The notes under the pieces: model-generated
The model's database searches: none
Told to the model about the DNA's origin: nothing
Seen by the model: only the letters and a program-made list of their open reading frames with translations
Program-made: the position numbers and the translations under genes
Origin: Paraspadella gotoi
Lineage: Eukaryota; Animalia; Chaetognatha
Length of the DNA stretch: 5,809 bases
NCBI GenBank assembly: GCA_051294375.1
Contig: JBJCIZ010000214.1
Span: forward strand, 1-5,809
Direction of reading: 5' to 3'
Shown here: positions 1-5,809 of the stretch, piece by piece
Layout of the letters: every line of letters starts with the position of its first letter
Numbering within the stretch: position 1 is the first letter of the stretch

Positions 1-111
1 TTTTTTTAAAGAATCATGAAAGCACATATTTTTGTGGCATCAAAGATATTATATGTGAAGAGTATATATCTTAGATATGTGATGAAACTTTACTTGAATT
101 GGGAATTAAAC
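1..111 (+). repeat. Partial repeat unit copy: 'tail' module, truncated by window edge and gap
   Basis: TTTTTTTAAAGAATCATGAAAGCACATATTTTTGTGGCATCAAAGAT...GATATGTGATGAAACTTTACTTGAATTGGGAATT aligns collinearly with ~1692-1812 and ~2745-2842. Confidence 0.92.
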
Positions 112-304
112 NNNNNNNNNNNNNNNNNNNNNNNNNNNNNNNNNNNNNNNNNNNNNNNNNNNNNNNNNNNNNNNNNNNNNNNNNNNNNNNNNNNNNNNNN
201 NNNNNNNNNNNNNNNNNNNNNNNNNNNNNNNNNNNNNNNNNNNNNNNNNNNNNNNNNNNNNNNNNNNNNNNNNNNNNNNNNNNNNNNNNNNNNNNNNNNN
301 NNNN
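112..304. other. Assembly gap (193 N)
   Basis: Run of N. By homology to 1692-2180 it probably hides the counterpart of ~1813-2054. Confidence 0.99.
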
Positions 305-402
305 GTGACGAGGGATAACCCTGCTCAGCAGTGCTCACTGCTCACACAACTGGGATTCTAAGAGGCATGTTTGGAATAAGAATAACAGACAAAAATATAA
401 AC
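305..402 (+). repeat. Partial repeat unit copy: 'head' module
   Basis: GTGACGAGGGATAAC...TTTGGAATAAGAATAACAGACAAAA matches 4993-5070 (both words exact) and 2055-2180, and the reverse complement of ~3665-3740 and ~4800-4897. Confidence 0.93.
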
Positions 403-1060
403 TTCACATGACCATTTTGCTTGCTCCCCTGGGAATAGGTCTGCCCACTCTTGGTGCGCCCTCAGAGCCACCCCGCGGGGGCGTGGACAGATTTGGTGAG
501 ATGGAACATAATCTCGCTTCCTGATTTGGTCGTTAAATCGGCTATTCTCGCTGGAGAAAGGAGAATTTTCATTTCGCCGCAATGAATTACGCAATCGATC
601 CGAAGCACCGGATTTCTTAAATTACGCAGTTTTTCGAGTTATACGAAAAAGTAATATTATAAAAAAAGGCGCTTGATTTTTAATTTCATAAAATTTTTGG
701 ATATATTTTCGCGGAAATGCTACACTTAACTTAATTTTCGTCGAATCTACAGAGTTTTTGCCTCTTTGTATCTTTTTTGCCTTCCACGATCTTGTTAGTC
801 CTCGCGATGCCTTAATTAAAGAAAATTCGAGAGGTAGAGGGTTAATTCGCTAATCCCTCCAGCCTTATATACTGTGTTTTTTACGTACAACAACCACTAA
901 GCTACTGCAATCAATTAAAAATAACAACAAGCACAATGCCGCCACTCTCCTCCTCTACCACAATATACTATAACCATGACTCACAGCGAAAGAGTCAGAA
1001 TCAACTTACATGATCGCTTATCTTTACTTTTTTCTTTAGTTTTGTCCGCCGTACCCTAGT
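403..1060. other. Non-unit sequence interrupting the array, function unknown
   Basis: No collinear alignment by eye to the repeat unit. Visibly richer in GC and CpG, especially 420-610. No credible ORF. Confidence 0.55.
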
Positions 1061-1145
1061 TAGATAGAAAACTATGCAAAACACTTGCCACATACAAAAT
1101 AATCAGCGCCCAGACACCAGAGAACTTTGTCCTTAAAAACTTTTC

Positions 1146-2054
1146 ACTAAAATTGTTTCAAAGTCCTTTTTATCCAAAAACATCATAAGCTTTTTTTGCC
1201 ATGTGACCTCATCTCGGAGTTCCTGGTCTAATACATTTGACCATATACTTTACCTCAGTAGTTACAGTCAAAAATCAATTGTTACAACCATTCACTTCAA
1301 GAGTCAGTCTTCAGAGAGACCAAGACTCCGTGTGTCATAATCGCCTGCACATCCTACTTAGTTAGAATCCTAAACATTATGACTGAAATAAATATTATCC
1401 TTTTTAGAAAGTCCATGGACGACTAAAATTTAAGCTCAGAAATGAAATCTGTGCATATTTAATTGTAATTTGTATTACTTGTAAAAATCATTATTGAAAA
1501 CTTTTTTCACCAAACACTGGATTTAATGAAATTAAAAAGGATATTAGACATCCCGTTATGTGGCCTGCAGAGAGGAAAAGAAAAGAAGAAATTTCAATAA
1601 CGCTTCAAAAAAATCAGGATTGAAAATGTAGAATTTTATTGCTTACCCCAAGCGTGGCCAAGGTTCAAGGAGAGGAAAACCATTCTCTTTTTTTTTTTAA
1701 AAGATCATGAAAGGCACATATTTTAGTGCATCAAGATATATATTATTGTGTGAAAGACAAGTATATATCTTTAGATATGTCGAATGAAACCTTACTTTGA
1801 ATTGGGGAATTTTACATACAATTATTTTATGTTTAAACTCTTTTGTGAAAGAACCTATTTTGGACCATCTTAGTGACCTGACCTTCAGTTCTGGGGGGGA
1901 AATCTATTTTATTTTGAGTTGATTTTTGGAAACTTTATTAAAAAACATTTTTATTTTTTTCGAGCCAAATAACCAAAGCTTATAAAAAATAAAATATTTG
2001 GAATTTGGCGATTCACGCCAAAAGGCGGATTCACTCTGCTCACGGTAGCAGCAT
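1146..2054 (+). repeat. Repeat unit copy (body plus tail), degraded at its left end
   Basis: AAAAATCAATTGTTACAACCA (~1270-1290) recurs at ~5429-5449. ~1350-2036 aligns collinearly with ~2400-3043, with anchors CTGCAG 1565/2641, AACCAAAGCT 1971/2981 and GGCGGA 2024/3031. Left boundary is uncertain (weak similarity back to ~1070). Confidence 0.85.
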
Positions 2055-3382
2055 GTGACGATGGGGGGATACCCTGGCTCAAGCCAAGTTTTGGCTCACT
2101 GCTCACCACACTGGCGCGATTGGTATCTAAAGAGGCATGTTTGGAATAAGCGAATAACTAGACAAAGAATATTAAAAATTACAGACAGTCTTTTGTTAAA
2201 AAATTCGTTTGGGTCTATGTTGTACCATAGGGGAAAAAAAAAGGCTTTAGACCCTAAAAAAAAATAAAAATGATAAGAAAAAAATTATATTATTTTAATT
2301 TTATATTATAATATAATATCATAATTGTGTATTTTGACAACCAATTCTTATTATTAAAAAGAACACTGTGTTGTATTTTTGTAAAAAGAGCTAAGTTCTG
2401 GCCCACTCTTAATTAGGAATCCTAAAATTAGACTGAAAAATTATTTTTTGATAAACATGGGAGTAAAAACAAGTCCCTTGGATTGTCATCAATAGATTTA
2501 TTTTATGAATTATTTATAATTGTCCTATTTATGACTTCTATAAAACTCCTNNNNNNNNNNNNNNNNNNNNNNNNNAATAAAAACTTTTTTTCACCAAATA
2601 TATTGAATGAAATTTGAACGGACCAAAATCAGTTATGTGGCTGCAGAGAAGAAAAAAGCTTCAATAAAACGCCTTCAAAAAATCGATTTACATGTAGATT
2701 TATGCTACCCAACGTGGTCAAGGTTAAAAAACCATCTCTTTTTCTTTTTATAGAATCATGAAAAGCATATATTTTCGTGGCATCAAAGATATGTGAAGAA
2801 AATGAATCCTGAATATGTGATGCGACTTTATATAAATTGGAATCGCATCAAAAAATAAAATAACCATTTTATGTCAACTCTTTTATGAAGAACCCATTTT
2901 TGACATTTGAAATATTACCTCATTGAATTTGAGTGATTTTGAAAACTTTATTAAAAACATTTTTATTTTTTTAGCCCAATAACCAAAGCTAAAAAAAGAA
3001 ATTTGGAATGGTTTAGCAATTCACACCAATGGCGGACTCACTCTTTTCAGTCAGTCAAATATCAGTAAAAGCTATATTTTAAGCTGAAAATTAACTTTTT
3101 ATATATTAAATATAGATTTTTTAATTTTTAACCTACTGAATGAAAGAAATTTTAAAAATGAGTTATATATTTTTTATTAACTTTTGACAAGAAATTCAAA
3201 TCTGCAATCAAAATTAAGAAAAGCCTATTTTAATTTTTTTTAAAATTTTATAAGGATAGTACTATATATAAATATCACCTACTGCAAATATATATTTAAT
3301 TTTTTTTACAAATTAATATCCACTGATGGTAAATTGTTCATAATTGACTTTTAGAATTTCAGTACATAACTTTCACTACGCT
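2055..3382 (+). repeat. Most complete + strand repeat unit copy (head-body-tail-X), containing a gap and internal deletions
   Basis: Begins with the head motif at 2055. Direct similarity to 305-402, 1350-2036 and 1-111. Inverted similarity to 4011-4897 and 3843-4007. Confidence 0.88.
2551..2575. other. Assembly gap (25 N)
   Basis: Run of exactly 25 N. Unit collinearity continues across it. Confidence 0.99.
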
Positions 3383-3407
3383 NNNNNNNNNNNNNNNNNN
3401 NNNNNNN
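3383..3407. other. Assembly gap (25 N)
   Basis: Run of exactly 25 N, located where the array changes from + to - orientation. Confidence 0.99.
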
Positions 3408-3504
3408 TATGAGAGAGATTCTTGTTTTTTTTTATTGCTATATTTTTTTTTTTTTTTTTATGGGGGCTAGCATCAATTCTCTATAGCAATTTCTATTACA
3501 TTCC

Positions 3505-3740
3505 TAAAAATAATTATTTGTCTTTTTTTAAGTTAATTATTCCCATATCTCAATTGGTAAATTATGAACTAGCAAGTGTTATCATACCTGGGTCTAGCCT
3601 TTTTGTGTTTTGCTTATGTCCAAACACAAGACCGAACATTTTTTCAAGAAGCTGTTGTCTTAAAATTTTATATTTGTCTATGTATTCTTATCCAAAAATG
3701 CTCCTAAAATCTCAGTTAGGTGACAGAGTTATCCCTCGCA
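3505..3740 (-). repeat. Inverted partial unit copy (head and start of body)
   Basis: CAAGTGTTATCATACCTGG and GTCTAGCCTTTT...CTCCTAAAATCTCAGTT...CAGAGTTATCCCTCG are the reverse complement of ~4995-5200. Also a direct repeat of ~4660-4897 (GTTATCCC at 3728 and 4884, offset 1156). Confidence 0.92.
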
Positions 3741-3842
3741 AACTTGAAAGAATTAAAAGTTTGGTCGCAATCCATTCCTATCATCATTGCCACTTCTCTA
3801 ACGAAATGGTGTTATTATTGCTTGGATCTCGTGAGGCAGTAG
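3741..3842. repeat. Linker module S, copy 1
   Basis: GTCGCAATCCATTCC...TGCCACTTCTC...AATGGTGTTAT...GTGAG aligns directly with 4898-4992 (GTCACAATTCCATTCG...TGCCACTCTC...AATGGTGTTAT...GTGAG). Confidence 0.8.
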
Positions 3843-4897
3843 AGCGTAGTTGAAAATTATGTACAAAACTCTAAAAGTCAATAAGAACAATTTACCATCA
3901 TTGAACATTAATTTGTAAAAAATATTAAATTTTGCATGTTTTTTAAAATATTCAGTAGGTTGTAATTTATATTTATAGTACTAGTCCTTAATAAAATTAA
4001 AAAAATTTCAGTGTTGGCGTAGCTAATATCTACAATGTCACATCAATATTTTTTAAAGGGCGTTGTTTATTGTAAGGCTTTTTTCTCTCTTGCAGCCCAC
4101 CTAACGATTTTGGTCCTTTTCAAATTTCATTTAATTATAGTTTGTGTGAAAAAAATTTTTATTAGAGTTTATAGAATAGTGTAGACATCATAAAAAATAT
4201 AACAAAATTTTCATGAAAAGTCCAAGGGCTTATCTTTTTACTCCCATGTGGTTCATAGATAATTTCAGGAATCATAAATAATCAAACACAATTTTATTAT
4301 GACTAATACTAGTGGCTTAATTTATTAAAAGATAATTTTAAGCTCTAATTTAGGAATTTCTAAGTTAAAAGATGGGAGCCGTAGATTAGGCTCTTTTACG
4401 ACAATCTAATACCATATGAGATTGTTGTTGTAACAAGTTGATTTTTGACTTGTAGACTGAGTAAATTCGTTTAAAACAACACAAAAGCCTTATAAATTGA
4501 ATAGTTTATAAAAAAAAGGATCAATTTTTAGTATAAATACAAATTATTAATAATATATACTTATTTTCTTCATTTTTTATCCAAACTTTTAACCAGCTTA
4601 TTGACCTGATTGTTATTTTTATGCCATAATTGGGCAATATCCACATGCAAGAGCGCAAAAATATTTTTAGTTAATTATGTCGCAAGTCCAATGTTAAATT
4701 AAAACTACAAGAGTGTTACCAGTACTGGTCTAGCCTTGTGTTTTTAACAAGTGTCAGATACGTAAGACCAACATTTTTTTTCAAAAACTGTTGTCTCTTA
4801 ATTTTATTAATGTTATTTGTCTGTATATTTCTTTATAAATCCAAAAATGACCTCCTAAAAATCTCAAGTTGGTGTGGAACAGAGTTATCCCGTTCAC
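3843..4897 (-). repeat. Inverted repeat unit copy (head-body-X) lacking the tail module
   Basis: 3843-4007 is the reverse complement of ~3232-3382 (AGCGTAGT/ACTACGCT; GAACAATTTACCATCA/TGATGGTAAATTGTTC). 4011-4165 is the reverse complement of ~2576-2714. 4425-4897 is the reverse complement of 4993-5449. Confidence 0.9.
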
Positions 4898-4992
4898 ATG
4901 AAAAAAAATGAGTTGTCACAATTCCATTCGGTTCACAGCTGCCACTCTCCCCTAATGGTGTTATATCACTTTGAACTGTGAGCAAATAGCAA
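4898..4992. repeat. Linker module S, copy 2; spacer of the head-to-head inverted repeat
   Basis: Direct similarity to 3741-3842. Lies between divergently oriented head motifs ending at 4897 and starting at 4993. Confidence 0.8.
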
Positions 4993-5449
4993 GTGACGAG
5001 GGATAACTCTGTTCACCAACTGAGATTTTAGGAGACATTTTTGGAATAAGAATAACAGACAAAATATAAAATTTAAGACAACAGCTCTTGAAAAAATGTT
5101 GGTCTTTGTTGGACATAACAAAAACAAAAGGCTAGACCAGGTATGATAACACTTGTAGTTCTAATTTAAATTGGATGGAATAATTAACTAAAAAATATTT
5201 TTGGCTGTTGCATGTGCATATAGCCCTATATGGCATAAAAAAAAACAATCAGAGTCATTAATAAGTGGTTAAAAGTTGGATAAAAAAATGAAGAAAAATT
5301 ATATTATATTATATTAACATAATTATGTATTTATACTAAAATATTGTTTATTTCTTTTTTGTATATACTATCAAAAAATTATAAGCTTTGGTATGTCTGT
5401 AAATTGAAATGATTTACTCAGTTACAGTAAAAATCAATTGTTACAACCA
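4993..5449 (+). repeat. Partial unit copy (head plus first part of body); right arm of a ~1 kb imperfect palindrome
   Basis: Collinear reverse complement of ~4425-4897, e.g. TGGATAAAAAATGAAGAAAA (~5277-5296) vs TTTTCTTCATTTTTTATCCA (~4564-4583), and GTTACAAC 5440-5447 vs GTTGTAAC 4427-4434. Confidence 0.93.
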
Positions 5450-5809
5450 ATGTGAAATGACTTAGTATTTCACGCTCGCGATTGCTACCGTTCCGGCGTC
5501 GTCCATCCCTTGTTAGTCTGACGTAGGTTTTTATGAATCTTTTTGACTGAATGTTTAGTAAATGATGAATGAAAAGTAGAGATGAAGGTTTAGAAACTTT
5601 ATTTTATTTTAAAATGTCCATAAAAATCCTGTAAAACTCAAGTTCAGGACGGGCGATGCTACTTTTAGTAAGGCAAAAAATGGAACTCAAAATTTCTATA
5701 GAGTCTCTTCAAATTACGACAAAAGAATGACAAATACCGACGAAATACTAGCCAGTAAATCATTTGGCCGAACGCGTAAGGACAATTAAGGTACGGTCAA
5801 AATAAGACT
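5450..5809. other. Non-unit flanking sequence, unassigned
   Basis: Similarity to other unit copies stops after TTACAACC (~5448). No ORF in the supplied track. Confidence 0.5.

Noticed and set aside
16-338. ORFs 16..318, 90..338 and 99..308
   Set aside because: They are open only because they run through the 193-N gap.
468-486. GC palindrome CCCCGCGGGG as a Helitron 3' hairpin or terminator
   Set aside because: No CTRR end or U-tract at a suitable distance on either strand.
358-594. 78 aa minus-strand ORF
   Set aside because: Short, no recognisable motif, and it crosses from non-unit DNA into the repeat head.
791-810. Words CTTGTTAGTC and CTCGCGAT shared with 5509-5518 and 5475-5482
   Set aside because: Order is swapped and the match does not extend. 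Matches of 8-10 bp are plausible by chance.
941-950. GCCACTCTCC identical to 4941-4950 in linker S
   Set aside because: Flanks do not align convincingly, so it is too short to call a third S copy.
2055-2267. 70 aa ORF at the head motif
   Set aside because: GTG start, and the frame is not preserved in other copies, which differ by many indels.
3130-3141. AACCTACTGAAT resembling ~3277-3289, a possible ~147 bp subrepeat
   Set aside because: Surrounding similarity is only A/T low-complexity sequence and no periodicity is demonstrable by eye.
3422-3853. 143 aa ORF with hydrophobic N-terminus
   Set aside because: The poly-Phe comes from T homopolymers, the start is non-ATG, and the homologous 4660-4992 has no ORF in the track.
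1-5809. CRISPR array, tRNA/rRNA or autonomous transposon
   Set aside because: No regularly spaced short repeats with unique spacers, no cloverleaf or rRNA signature recognised, and no transposase, Rep/Helicase or reverse transcriptase ORF.

Overview
AT-rich, apparently non-coding window, probably eukaryotic (inference from the lack of gene density), with three assembly gaps (193 N, 25 N, 25 N). No credible CDS, RNA gene or CRISPR array is visible. Most of the window is built from diverged, partial copies of one non-coding repeat unit of about 1.1-1.5 kb, marked by a head motif GTGACGAGGGATAAC. Copies run head-to-tail on the + strand (1-402, ~1146-2054, 2055-3382), then head-to-tail on the - strand (~3505-4992), then flip back to + (4993-5449). 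This creates two inverted-repeat structures: ~1.1-1.3 kb arms around 3383-3842 and ~470 bp arms around a ~95 bp spacer at 4898-4992. Two stretches (~403-1060 and 5450-5809) do not align to the unit. Many differences between copies are single-base insertions, which together with the 25-N gaps suggests unpolished long-read gap filling, so part of the architecture may be an assembly artefact. I cannot support a new coding system. The best candidate for real biology is an unclassified complex satellite or non-autonomous TE array with orientation switches. All alignments were made by eye and boundaries are approximate.
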